A stretch of 64,000 nt of DNA from Candidatus Thorarchaeota archaeon (GCA_019057475.1 DXJO01000041.1:1-64000), one strand, 5' to 3'. Counted from the stretch's first letter, positions 38,812-48,607 are shown. Notes: a model not told the origin generated them from the letters alone. Numbers and translations: made by a program.

Positions 38812-39220
38812 ACTGCAAGAAATTCCTGTGTTCCACCCGTCCCCTGCCAGTGTCGCCACCTCCCAGACTCCTATAGAGCCTGAGATTAGCAGGGGCTTTG
38901 TCTGTCATCATCGGGATGAGATCCCTCCCACAGTTATGGCTTCTTCCTCCTGTTTCACTACTGGGGTATCACTCCCAGCCACAGAGAGGCTTTCCACAGT
39001 TCTTGCCACGGCGGGGTCCTTATCAACCATCTCAACCTCGTCACCAAGACTGAGAAGGCTCGTCTGAGCATGGTGAACGGCCGCGGACTCCCCAAGACCT
39101 GATACAAGGCCCTTAGAGGAGAGTAAGGACTTCCCTCGAGAAGAGCTCGTCTTCCCTCGGGCTTTCGGGAGTGAGCGTGGACTGCGTGAAACAGCGCTTA
39201 CCCACTTGCCTAGTCCTATC
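38812..39220 (-). ncRNA. Candidate large structured non-coding RNA (~410 nt), family not recognised
   Basis: No credible ORF. At least eight helices are visible, G-U pairs favour the minus strand, and the ends pair (GCAAG/CUUGC). Confidence 0.55.
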
Positions 39221-39389
39221 ATAGTATGTGGTGGCTCTCCAGGACTAATAAGGACTCCACGATTACAATTGTCTAACATTTCAAGTACAACATTATTTGG
39301 GGAATGCAAGATTCCAACCTATCTAGACAGAGGAGGAGAAGAAACACTGTGGTCAGGGACGGTCCCGCAAGCTAGAAATTTTGCGAGTT

Positions 39390-39430
39390 TCCTACATTCT
39401 CAGCTGTAAAGTACTTAGAAGAATGTAGGA
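39390..39430. promoter_or_regulatory. 11-bp inverted repeat upstream of thrC
   Basis: TCCTACATTCT-N19-AGAATGTAGGA. Confidence 0.4.
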
Positions 39431-39491
39431 TTTCACGCATTCCATAACTATCATAACGGAGGCCTGACACGCATTGAAAGCAGGTGTAGCC

Positions 39492-40745
39492 ATGTCAAGA
39501 ATCAAACAGCTCAAGTGTGCCAAATGCGGGAAGGAATACACCGACAAAGATGTGCCGCCCAACGATGGATGCGGGGGAAGAATCGACATATCCTTTGACC
39601 TCGAGGAACTCAAGGAAATCTTCACTAGGCAGAGCGTTGAGCAACGAAAGGGAGGCTTGTGGAAATACTTCGAGCTAATGCCCCTGAAGAAGCGGGAGAG
39701 CGTAGTAACTCTGGGTGAAGGAAATACGCCCTTGTTACGAAGTAGTCGACTTGGGGATCAGTTGAAACTTGGCAATCTGTTCTTGAAGATCGAAACGACG
39801 AATCCCTCAGGATCTTTCAAGGACCGACCGATATGTGTGGGAGTGAGTCGTGCCTATGAGGATGGTGCAGAAACGGTATCTGCAGCATCATCAGGAAATG
39901 CTGCGGCATCCATGTCTACGTACGCTGCTAGAGCGGGAATGCAAGCCGTGGTCTTTGTGCCAGAGGACGCTCCTGCAGGCAAACTCATACATCTCAGGAC
40001 TCTTGGAGCACGCGTATTCAGAGTCCAGAAGGTCAAGGATGGAGTAGATCCCACAACAACCTTGCTCAAAGCTGCTTGTGCAGAACTGGGGTGGACACCT
40101 ACCCCATCATTTGGACCGTTCAATTGCTTTCAGTTCGAAGGCACAAAATCGCTTGGCTATGAGATTGCCGAGCAGATGAACTGGGAGTCACCGGATTGGA
40201 TACTATTTCCCACTGGTAGTGGAGGACTTATGGCCGGGACAATGAAGGGACTATGGGAGTTCCGGCAGATGGGGCTGATAGACAGCCTACCTAGACCAGT
40301 TGTGGTTCAGCCAGAGGGATGTGCACCCATCGTTCGGGCGTTCAAGAAGAATCAAGACCCTCTTGATATCACTCCATGGGACTCGAACAAAACCGTGGCA
40401 GGAGGGCTTGCAGATCCATTCCCGTGGGACGGCGATGCGGCGCTCAAGTATCTGAAGATGGCAAACGGTAGAGCGATTGCAGTACCGGACGATGCCATAG
40501 AGCGGCAGCTTATAGCTCTCGGCAAACTGGAGGGTGTCTTTGCTGAACCGAGTGGTGTTGCAGCATTGGCAGGGCTTGAATCGCTTGTTAACCAAGGGGT
40601 CATCGATAAGTCTGACAGAGTTGTTGTGCCAATAACAGGTTCTGGTTTCAAGGATTTGGTAACGCCTGATCGACTCACACCCCAGGTCGTTCTCATAGCG
40701 CCAGATCTTGACCAGCTGAAAGCTGCACTTGAGAGCAGTACTTGA
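39492..40745 (+). CDS. thrC: Threonine synthase
   Basis: LGEGNTPL, NPSGSFKDR (PLP lysine), ASSGNAA, PTGSGG, FAEPS and ITGSGFKD. Confidence 0.88.
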   Translation: MSRIKQLKCAKCGKEYTDKDVPPNDGCGGRIDISFDLEELKEIFTRQSVEQRKGGLWKYFELMPLKKRESVVTLGEGNTPLLRSSRLGDQLKLGNLFLKIETTNPSGSFKDRPICVGVSRAYEDGAETVSAASSGNAAASMSTYAARAGMQAVVFVPEDAPAGKLIHLRTLGARVFRVQKVKDGVDPTTTLLKAACAELGWTPTPSFGPFNCFQFEGTKSLGYEIAEQMNWESPDWILFPTGSGGLMAGTMKGLWEFRQMGLIDSLPRPVVVQPEGCAPIVRAFKKNQDPLDITPWDSNKTVAGGLADPFPWDGDAALKYLKMANGRAIAVPDDAIERQLIALGKLEGVFAEPSGVAALAGLESLVNQGVIDKSDRVVVPITGSGFKDLVTPDRLTPQVVLIAPDLDQLKAALESST

Positions 40746-40759
40746 AAGGAGTAGTGAAG

Positions 40760-41236
40760 ATGACCAAACATCAACAGTCCAAGCCCACAATGCCAGAGAT
40801 GGTTCGTTTCATGAAAGAGGCGTTAATCGAGGCCAAGAGAGGATTCGTAGACGGTGGTATACCTATCGGATCGGTGTTAGTGATTGACGATGAGATTGTG
40901 GGTCGAGGGCATAACCGCAGAGTCCAGAAGAGCAGTGCAATCCTACATGCTGAGATGGATTGTCTTGAGAATGCAGGACGATTGAAGGCGTCGGAATACC
41001 AAAGGGCCACGATATACTCCACCCTTTCTCCTTGTGACATGTGCAGCGGGGCCATACTTCTATATGGCATTCCTAGGGTTGTTGTGGGCGAGAACAGAAA
41101 TTTCAAGGGACCAGAGGAGTATGTTCGGAGTCGTGGAGTAGAGGTTACGATCATTGATGACAAGGACTGCGTCGAGATCATGCGGAAATTCATCAAGGGC
41201 TACCCAGAACTGTGGAACGAGGACATTGGCGTCTGA
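40760..41236 (+). CDS. Cytosine/nucleoside deaminase (FCY1-like)
   Basis: GGIPIGSVL, GHNRRVQ, HAE, PCDMC and LWNEDIG. Confidence 0.9.
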   Translation: MTKHQQSKPTMPEMVRFMKEALIEAKRGFVDGGIPIGSVLVIDDEIVGRGHNRRVQKSSAILHAEMDCLENAGRLKASEYQRATIYSTLSPCDMCSGAILLYGIPRVVVGENRNFKGPEEYVRSRGVEVTIIDDKDCVEIMRKFIKGYPELWNEDIGV

Positions 41237-42243
41237 ACCTGATTGCAAATGGAAGTGACAGAATCCTGATAGGAAAAGAGCAACGCAAGAGAGCCAAGGA
41301 GATTGCCAAGCAGTATGGATATCTACCGTACATGATTGAAAGATATGCTGCTCTCTGGGGCGAACAGGAAGCAATCCAGTTCCTAAAGGCATGTGAGCAG
41401 CCAATCAAGAAGTCCATCAGACTCAATACACTTCGAGCGACCGCAGAGGAAACACTCAGCAGACTCAAAGCCAAAGGCGTAAGGCTTGAGAGAGTTCCAT
41501 GGCTAGATGCGGGATACACTGCTGATTTCAGTCATATCTCGCCTGGTTCACTCCTGGAGCACATGCGAGGATTCTACTATGTCCAGGGAGTACCATCTAT
41601 GACCGTGGCGGAGGCACTGAGCCCGCAACCAGATAGTCTAGTTGTAGACATGGCAGCTGCCCCGGGCGGGAAGACTACGCACATAGCTCAGATAATGAAT
41701 AATTCCGGCGTTATCATTTCTATTGAACAAGACAGGCTTCGTACTGCAAGTCTTGAGAGTAATATCCATCGTTGCGGCGTGACAAATTCGATTGTGTTGC
41801 GCGGTGATTCTCGCAAGCTTCACCAGCTTGGTATAGCACCAGATTACATACTACTTGACGCACCATGTTCTGGAGAGGGACTCATCGCTCTGGATTCCTC
41901 ACGAAAGCGCAGTAAGAGCATGGCGGACATCAGGTTTTGCGCAACCAAGCAGGATGTGCTACTCGATGCTGCAATCACCTCTCTCGCCCCGGGAGGAACT
42001 CTCGTCTATTCAACCTGCTCCATCGCTCCTGAAGAAAACGAATTCGTCATTGATGATCTCCTGAAACGGCGACCTGAAACGAAGTTAGTGCCCATCAACA
42101 TCGAGTTTGGCATCCCTGCATATCCTAATCCGTACGGCGTTGAATTGCACGAATCACTGACCTTGGCAAGACGCTTTCTTCCCCATAAGCACAACTTGGA
42201 AGGTTTCTTCATTTGCAGAATTGAGAAGGAGGAATCGTCTTGA
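41212..42243 (+). CDS. RsmB/NOP2 family RNA m5C methyltransferase
   Basis: DMAAAPGGKT, LLDAPCSGEG and YSTCS...ENE. Confidence 0.93.
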   Translation: MERGHWRLNLIANGSDRILIGKEQRKRAKEIAKQYGYLPYMIERYAALWGEQEAIQFLKACEQPIKKSIRLNTLRATAEETLSRLKAKGVRLERVPWLDAGYTADFSHISPGSLLEHMRGFYYVQGVPSMTVAEALSPQPDSLVVDMAAAPGGKTTHIAQIMNNSGVIISIEQDRLRTASLESNIHRCGVTNSIVLRGDSRKLHQLGIAPDYILLDAPCSGEGLIALDSSRKRSKSMADIRFCATKQDVLLDAAITSLAPGGTLVYSTCSIAPEENEFVIDDLLKRRPETKLVPINIEFGIPAYPNPYGVELHESLTLARRFLPHKHNLEGFFICRIEKEESS

Positions 42244-42782
42244 AACCAGAGTATGTAGACTCGGTACAGTGGGACACGGTGCGGAATCAGATAGATTCGG
42301 ACTTTGGTGCCGGTGTGACAAAGCGCATCTTGGGTACTCTTACACCAGTATCATTACCCAGAGCCAAGGGAATCTCATTCTATCTAGTTCCTACCGGCTG
42401 GCTGCAGATTATTGACCGTGACTTCAAGCAATTCACGCCCCTCTCACTCGGCATGTGGCTTGGAGACCTCGTGGATGGCAAGTTTAGGTTGAGCCTACCA
42501 GCACTGGAACGCGTTCAAGAATTCACTTCCAACCTTCTCATTGTTTCAAGGCGGGGAGCTGAATCATTTACATACGGAAGAAGCATTCTCAAAGAGTCAG
42601 TTATCAAGATTGACCCTTCACTTTTGAGAGGTCAAAAGGTTTTCATCCTCAACGAATCAAACGAGTGTCTCGGTCTGGCAGCGCTCTCAGTGGATGCTGC
42701 CAAGATTGGACGTCTGGCCAAGGATAGACTTGTGGCCAAGAACCTTGTTGACATCGGATGGTACATACGAAGGTTGAGCTAG
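42240..42782 (+). CDS. NIP7-like PUA-domain ribosome biogenesis protein
   Basis: ESFTYGRSIL, ECLGLA and DIGWYIR; follows the NOP2 gene. Confidence 0.8.
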   Translation: MKPEYVDSVQWDTVRNQIDSDFGAGVTKRILGTLTPVSLPRAKGISFYLVPTGWLQIIDRDFKQFTPLSLGMWLGDLVDGKFRLSLPALERVQEFTSNLLIVSRRGAESFTYGRSILKESVIKIDPSLLRGQKVFILNESNECLGLAALSVDAAKIGRLAKDRLVAKNLVDIGWYIRRLS

Positions 42783-43519
42783 ACAAACATGTCAGAGGTC
42801 CGATCGTCGGATTCGATTGATCTGCGCATCTTCTCAAGCCGTTCAATCTCTTTGCTCTCTTCTAGGAGTTGCTCCACATTGGCCTTTAGACCGTATACTT
42901 GGTTCAGCTTCTCCAGCATTGCGGCGGCTGCTCGCGGATCTGGTCTTCCTCGTATTGCATAGGACAGCAGACCGATTGCGGGAGCATCTCGCATCTCTAG
43001 CTCTGCCAGCAGGAGCGCGAGTGGACCAGCCACGAAGAGCCCCTCCTCTAGGAGCGGAACATCCCACTTCTCAATTAAGGGTTCATACTTGCTCGTTGGG
43101 ACGCAACGCATGTTGGCTTCACCTTCCTTAAAGCTTGCATCCAATCCGCCTAGGAGGATGGTTTCTGAGAACTTGCACTTTGCTAGCCACTCAGCCAGTC
43201 TGTCGACAAAATTCCACTGGTCGCTCTGATGTGGCTGGAATCGAGGTACGAGAAAGATCAGTTTCTTTTTTGCATAGGAATAGAGCTCGAACGGAAGTAC
43301 CAACCTATTATTTTCCATCGATACAAATAATGGCAGCATGTCGCTCTTGATGAACCCAACTCGTTTTGCTTCTAATGTTCTGGTCAAATGGGCGGTGCTT
43401 AAGAAGCCTACTTCGCCCAGACCATGAAAGCCGCAGATGAATGTGGAGCCGGGCTTGACTTGGAAGCCCTTCTTCAAGATGATGTCAAAACCAGACTGTC
43501 TCGTTGCAACAAATGCCAT
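42779..43519 (-). CDS. PAC2 family proteasome assembly chaperone
   Basis: GFHGLGEVG, LGGLD, GPLALLL and PDPRAAA. Confidence 0.88.
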   Translation of the reverse strand: MAFVATRQSGFDIILKKGFQVKPGSTFICGFHGLGEVGFLSTAHLTRTLEAKRVGFIKSDMLPLFVSMENNRLVLPFELYSYAKKKLIFLVPRFQPHQSDQWNFVDRLAEWLAKCKFSETILLGGLDASFKEGEANMRCVPTSKYEPLIEKWDVPLLEEGLFVAGPLALLLAELEMRDAPAIGLLSYAIRGRPDPRAAAAMLEKLNQVYGLKANVEQLLEESKEIERLEKMRRSIESDDRTSDMFV

Positions 43520-43815
43520 TCTCTCATGCCTCTTTGAAGTAGCAAGGGATGTATTTGCCGTTCCTTGCCCTTTCAAATAGCGCTGTGGCTCTGTTCCTTT
43601 TTAACACTGTGTCATAGCAGGATAGGACACCATCATCTTGTCTGCTCAGATTGACAATCGAACCGAAAGGGAAGCGAAGGGCAACTCATCAATATTCCAA
43701 GAAATCGCTGCTGCTGGGTATTTTTGGATAATACTAGCACTTTTTGGTTAACGACAAAGCAAGAGAATGACATATCCTCATATGTTCCATAAGGTTAGCA
43801 TCGGAGCAGATTTAG

Positions 43816-46035
43816 TTGAGCACGCTTAGAGAACTTGAAATCGAGCATGTTTCGCCTCGTCTATTGGAAGTTCTCAGAAGAGAGGGCCTGACTAGTCTAA
43901 CCCAATTTCAGTCTGCTGCGGTTGATGGAGGGATTTTGAGAGGGGAGAGTCAAATTCTGCAGACCTATGATTATGAAGAGGCCTATCAGATAGCGGAGAT
44001 ATCGCTTCTGAATCGCGTAGCGTCTGACTTCAAGACGAGGGCGCTTGTGCTCTGTCCAAACCCACATCAAGCCGAGAAACGATTCCATTCGTTGAGCTAC
44101 AGATGTAAACGACTTGGCATCGAAGCTACAGCAATCATTCGGAGAAGGACAGCAATTGGGGACGCATGGAAAGGGGGACGCGTAATCGTTGCCACCTTCC
44201 GGTCTCTAGACATCGCTCTGCGCGTACATCCTGATGCATTCAAAGGTATCGAGTGTCTCCTAACCGACCGTCTTGACTTGATTGGCCAGCCAAGGCTTGG
44301 TGCGAAGCTGGAAACTGTGCTGGTTACATTAATGGGCATGAACACTGAACTGCAGCATGTCGTGGTAAGCCCCCCGGTCGCAGATGTAGAAGATCTTAGT
44401 TCATGGCTAGGCGCGGGGATTGTAGAGGACACTAAGACTGACATGAAACGCATATTCAGTGTCAAGGCATTCGAAAGCGTCAGCGAGTCTCTCGCGGACC
44501 TCACTGAGTTTGTTCACCATAGGCGTGGACAGGTAGCCATTCTTTGCTCCAACATTCATGCATGCGAAGAGTTGGCGGCTCAGCTTACAGGAGTAGGTGA
44601 TGCAAGCAAGGAGTCAGCTCTTGATCTTAGGCTAGCGCCCGAACATAGGGATGACCTTAGAGGCCTCTCGAGGGATATTATGGGGAGGTACCCAGAATGC
44701 GCGACATCAGTTATGCTGGGGCGAACCATCTCCAGAGGGGTTGCATTCATTCACGAGGGAATTGCACGAAATCAGAGGAGGACCATATCCGGTGCGTGGG
44801 AAGACGGTCTCGTGCCAGTGATTATCATGCCAACGCGCTTTGCGATTGCAAGCGGACTGAGAGCGACTGTAGTCTTTCTCATCGGAGTCTTCATGCAGGA
44901 TCTAATTGGAGACCTGGCAGATGAGGAGGAGTTAACCCAACTCTCTGAATGGCAACTCAATGATGTACTTAGCTCTGTTGGAAGGAGAAGAGTCGACAAT
45001 GAAGCTTTTGGAATAGTCGTTGTCGGCACCCAAACTGAAAGGCACAGAGTTCTTGCACAATACTTCGTCGAGGATTCGGAAGGGAACATCAGTCCCAGGC
45101 TTGGTGAGGTTGACAGCTCGATGGATGATCCAGAGAATGCTCAAGATCTCGTACTTCGACAGCTGTGCAATGACCACACAAAAGAGGAAGACCCATTCTC
45201 GATTATGGACCGTACATTCTGGGCGGCGACCAATCGCGTCACTCAGATATCTCGCGAGGGTTTAATGTTGGCAGACGATGCTGATGTTCAGACACTAATT
45301 TCCCTGCGTACAACGAAATCCACAACCACACGTGCGCGCGAGATACCTGACGAGGATGTGAGGTTGGTAAGCATAAGCCCTAGCAAGATCGAGGGTCTCG
45401 TGCATAGTCGAAGTCGCGACTTGTGGCACCATGTCGTTGTCAGGGCAGGGGAGGGGGTTTCCTGCACCTGCGAGTCATGGAAGTATCAAGGAATCAAGAG
45501 GCACAGGCTATGCAAACACCTGGTTAGATTTTCGGATTTCGCTCTTCAGAACGATGAAACCAAACCATACGCCGCTTCGGTAATTCGACAATCGCTGAGA
45601 GGATTGGAGATTCTTGGCGAATTGGAGAGAGAAGGATTGATGCAGCGGGATGGTAAGGGTTTCAGATGTACTGAACTCGGGCAAAGTATCACTGTTCTGG
45701 GTGTTTCCGTGAAGGATGCGAAGAGATTGACCAAAGCACTGGGACAAGCGAGGAATAAGCTGGCGAATATCCTGATAGATGTTGCAGTGGCAAGAACGGG
45801 AATGCCTAGGAAGGCGATTGCGGGAGTTCTTGATGCGGTACAGACACAAGACGTGAAAAAAGTTGTGAAGTGTGAGCAACATGGACTAGGAATTGTTGAG
45901 AATTGTTTGGAAGAGTTGCACTACATCAACAGCATCCTGATAGGCATCATGGGAAGAAAAGCCGACAAAGAACTGAAGAGAGAGATTCGTAAACTAGACA
46001 AGAATTTGACGGCCACCGTAGACACCATCAGTTAG
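43816..46035 (+). CDS. Hel308/Ski2-like SF2 helicase homolog with degenerate ATPase motifs and a SWIM zinc finger
   Basis: Q-motif LTQFQ..AV.GGIL.G; Walker A replaced by TYDYEEAY; DExH replaced by DRLD; RGVAFIHEG retained; CTC-x13-CKH SWIM motif. Confidence 0.8.
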   Translation: MSTLRELEIEHVSPRLLEVLRREGLTSLTQFQSAAVDGGILRGESQILQTYDYEEAYQIAEISLLNRVASDFKTRALVLCPNPHQAEKRFHSLSYRCKRLGIEATAIIRRRTAIGDAWKGGRVIVATFRSLDIALRVHPDAFKGIECLLTDRLDLIGQPRLGAKLETVLVTLMGMNTELQHVVVSPPVADVEDLSSWLGAGIVEDTKTDMKRIFSVKAFESVSESLADLTEFVHHRRGQVAILCSNIHACEELAAQLTGVGDASKESALDLRLAPEHRDDLRGLSRDIMGRYPECATSVMLGRTISRGVAFIHEGIARNQRRTISGAWEDGLVPVIIMPTRFAIASGLRATVVFLIGVFMQDLIGDLADEEELTQLSEWQLNDVLSSVGRRRVDNEAFGIVVVGTQTERHRVLAQYFVEDSEGNISPRLGEVDSSMDDPENAQDLVLRQLCNDHTKEEDPFSIMDRTFWAATNRVTQISREGLMLADDADVQTLISLRTTKSTTTRAREIPDEDVRLVSISPSKIEGLVHSRSRDLWHHVVVRAGEGVSCTCESWKYQGIKRHRLCKHLVRFSDFALQNDETKPYAASVIRQSLRGLEILGELEREGLMQRDGKGFRCTELGQSITVLGVSVKDAKRLTKALGQARNKLANILIDVAVARTGMPRKAIAGVLDAVQTQDVKKVVKCEQHGLGIVENCLEELHYINSILIGIMGRKADKELKREIRKLDKNLTATVDTIS

Positions 46036-46202
46036 CATTACTCGAAACTTTAACGAACCTAAACACTCCAACGAAAATTTGCACGGGTCGGATACCAATC
46101 AAAGCATTCCTGCATTTTCAGTTACCTTTTTCTAGCTCAGAGTGTCGGTCCGAGCCTATGCCCGGGGTCGTACAATGAGCCCCAAAGCATGGGAGCATTA
46201 TC

Positions 46203-47348
46203 ATGAAATTACTTGAGCATGAAGCCAAGGACATTTTCCGTGCCTTCAATATGCCTACACCCCCCGGAGGTGTAGCTAAGACGCCTGAAGAAGCGATGAA
46301 TCTCGCAGCCAAGGTGGGTAAACCCGTTGTCGTCAAGGCACAGGTACTCTCAGGGAAGAGGGGGAAGGCAGGCGGTGTGAAGTTCGCAGACACACCTGAG
46401 CAAGCCAAGGAAGTCGCAAAGCATATCCTTGGATTGAAAATCAATAATTTGTCCGTGGAATCAGTCTTGGTTGAGGAAAAACTGGACATTCAACAGGAGA
46501 TCTATGCAGGCATTACCATTGACAGGAATAAGCGAAAATACGTTGTGATAGGCAGTGGAGCCGGTGGGATGTCAATCGAAGAGCTTGCAGAAGAAAACCC
46601 TGAGAAGATTGTGAAGATGCATGTAGATCCGAGCATTGGATTCCTGCCCTATAATGCCCGCGAAATGGCCACAAGGATGGGGTTCCGAGGGAAGCAGATT
46701 AACAAGTTGGCAAGCTTCTTCCTCAAACTGTGGAACATTGTTGAAGCAAACGACGTAGAGCTGACAGAGATTAATCCCCTTATTCTAACAAAGGATGGCA
46801 GATTCCTAGCAGCTGATGCGCGTCTGAATGTGGATGATAATGCACTCTTCAGGCACAAGCAAATAATGGATAGTCTGAAGAGGGACCCAGTAGAGCAAAA
46901 TGAAAGAGAGAAGTTAGCAACAGAGAATGACATGGCCTATGTCGAGCTCGACGGCAACATTGCATGCATCTGCAATGGAGCAGGACTCACAATGGCAACC
47001 CTTGATACTGTGTCGCTGTACGGAGGCAGCGCGAGCACCTTTCTTGACCTAGGTGGCGGGGCAGATGCAGAGAGAGTGGAGAAAGGCATCGAGGTAGCCC
47101 TGATGTATCCCAAGGTCAAAGCCATACTCATCAACATAATGGGAGGAATAACGCGATGCGACGAGGTGGCGAAAGGTATCCTAGCCGCACGTGATGATGG
47201 CGACATAACCGTGCCAATGGTTGTACGCATGGTTGGAACGAATGAAGAAGAGGGACAAGAGATTCTGAACAAGGCAGGAATCCCGTTCCTGAAAACCATG
47301 GAGGAAGCAGCCTCCAAGGTGGTTAATCTTGCAAAGGAGGCAAAATAG
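46203..47348 (+). CDS. sucC: Succinyl-CoA synthetase beta subunit
   Basis: KAQVLSGKRGKAGGV, EINPL, NGAGLTMAT, FLDLGGGA and GGITRCD. Confidence 0.95.
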   Translation: MKLLEHEAKDIFRAFNMPTPPGGVAKTPEEAMNLAAKVGKPVVVKAQVLSGKRGKAGGVKFADTPEQAKEVAKHILGLKINNLSVESVLVEEKLDIQQEIYAGITIDRNKRKYVVIGSGAGGMSIEELAEENPEKIVKMHVDPSIGFLPYNAREMATRMGFRGKQINKLASFFLKLWNIVEANDVELTEINPLILTKDGRFLAADARLNVDDNALFRHKQIMDSLKRDPVEQNEREKLATENDMAYVELDGNIACICNGAGLTMATLDTVSLYGGSASTFLDLGGGADAERVEKGIEVALMYPKVKAILINIMGGITRCDEVAKGILAARDDGDITVPMVVRMVGTNEEEGQEILNKAGIPFLKTMEEAASKVVNLAKEAK

Positions 47349-47349
47349 A

Positions 47350-48219
47350 ATGGCGATTTTAGCAGACAAGGACACCAGAGTCATCATTCAGGGAATCACA
47401 GGTGGACAGGGAACATTTCACTCACGGGCCATGCTTGAGTATGGAACCAAAATCGTTGCAGGGGTGACACCTGGGAAAGGCGGTCAAGAGGTCAATAGAA
47501 TCCCGGTCTTTGATACTGTAATGGAAGCAAAGGAGGCACATGATGCCACTGCTGCGGTAATTTTTGTTCCTGCACCGTTCGCAGGAGACGCCGCACTTGA
47601 GGCAATTGCTGCACAGCTGAATCCTGTTGTTGTGATAACTGAGCATGTTCCCGTTCGCGATGAGATTAGAGTAATTCATACCGCTAAAAGGCAGGGAATC
47701 ACCGTGATTGGCCCCAATACGCCAGGAGTGATTACTCCAGGAGCAAAGCAGAAGCTTGGCATCATGCCCGGTCACGTCTTTGCTGATGGTCCTGTGGGAC
47801 TCATGTCGCGAAGCGGCACACTAACCTATGAGATTGCAGCTGGGATGACATACGCAGGAATCGGAATGACCACTGCGATTGGTCTTGGTGGGGATCCATG
47901 CGTTGGACTGACGCCCATAGAGGCAGTCAAACTGTTCGAGAACGACAATGACACCAAGGCATTGGTTCTTGTGGGGGAAATAGGCGGTGATGCAGAAGAA
48001 CGCGCGGCAGCATATATCAAAGAAAACTATGACCGACCTGTCGTAGGCTACATCGCAGGAAGAACCGCGCCTCCAGGCAAGAGGATGGGACACGCAGGAG
48101 CCATCATAAGTGGCAGCACCGGAACTGCACAGGCCAAGATCAAGGCGCTGAACGACGCAGGCATACCAGTGGCAGAAAAGCCAAGTGATGTCGCCAGATT
48201 GCTCCAAGATGTCTTGTGA
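47350..48219 (+). CDS. sucD: Succinyl-CoA synthetase alpha subunit
   Basis: QGITG, GVTPGKGG, IGPNTPG, SRSGTLTYE and MGHAGA (phospho-His). Confidence 0.95.
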   Translation: MAILADKDTRVIIQGITGGQGTFHSRAMLEYGTKIVAGVTPGKGGQEVNRIPVFDTVMEAKEAHDATAAVIFVPAPFAGDAALEAIAAQLNPVVVITEHVPVRDEIRVIHTAKRQGITVIGPNTPGVITPGAKQKLGIMPGHVFADGPVGLMSRSGTLTYEIAAGMTYAGIGMTTAIGLGGDPCVGLTPIEAVKLFENDNDTKALVLVGEIGGDAEERAAAYIKENYDRPVVGYIAGRTAPPGKRMGHAGAIISGSTGTAQAKIKALNDAGIPVAEKPSDVARLLQDVL

Positions 48220-48343
48220 GCGGGCTCAGTACATGCAAATGGTGGCGTAGAGAGCATAAGTTTTTTAACGTCACCTAGCGGGGATGCCTGAGCAGACTTG
48301 AGGGGAACCAGATAGTCCGCCGTTAAGGAATGAGGTTATAGAT

Positions 48344-48502
48344 ATGCCAGTAGCAGATATCGAAAAACGCAGACTTGCACAACATTATCTGCTCTACAAA
48401 TCGGTATGCCGTTATTGCGGAGCTACCAACCCGCTGAAGGCGAAGAAGTGTAGAAAGTGCCATACAAAGGACCTCAGGCCGAAGAGGCGGTCTAGAAGGT
48501 AG
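48344..48502 (+). CDS. rpl40e: 50S ribosomal protein L40e (not in ORF track)
   Basis: [52 protein letters not shown]. Confidence 0.92.
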   Translation: MPVADIEKRRLAQHYLLYKSVCRYCGATNPLKAKKCRKCHTKDLRPKRRSRR

Positions 48503-48530
48503 TTCCTCCCGAGTGATGAGCCGGCAGTAT

Positions 48531-48607
48531 GGGCCGGTGATCTAGTTGGCTATGATGCCGCCTTCACACGGCGGAAATCGGGTGTTCGAGTCACCCCCGG
48601 CCCACCA
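48531..48607 (+). tRNA. tRNA-Val(CAC), intron-less, CCA encoded
   Basis: Acceptor GGGCCGG/CCGGCCC, anticodon arm CCGCC-TTCACAC-GGCGG, T arm GGGTG-TTCGAGT-CACCC and 3' ACCA. Confidence 0.95.

Noticed and set aside
38812-39220. Canonical RNase P, SRP RNA or cobalamin riboswitch
   Set aside because: No P4 complement (GGCUU/GGGUU-A) to the AAGUCC segment, no SRP helix-8 motif and no complete B12 box. Kept as an unassigned ncRNA candidate.
38908-39309. 133-aa minus-strand ORF and overlapping short ORFs
   Set aside because: Ser/Gly-rich with no recognisable motifs; better explained as incidental frames across a structured RNA.
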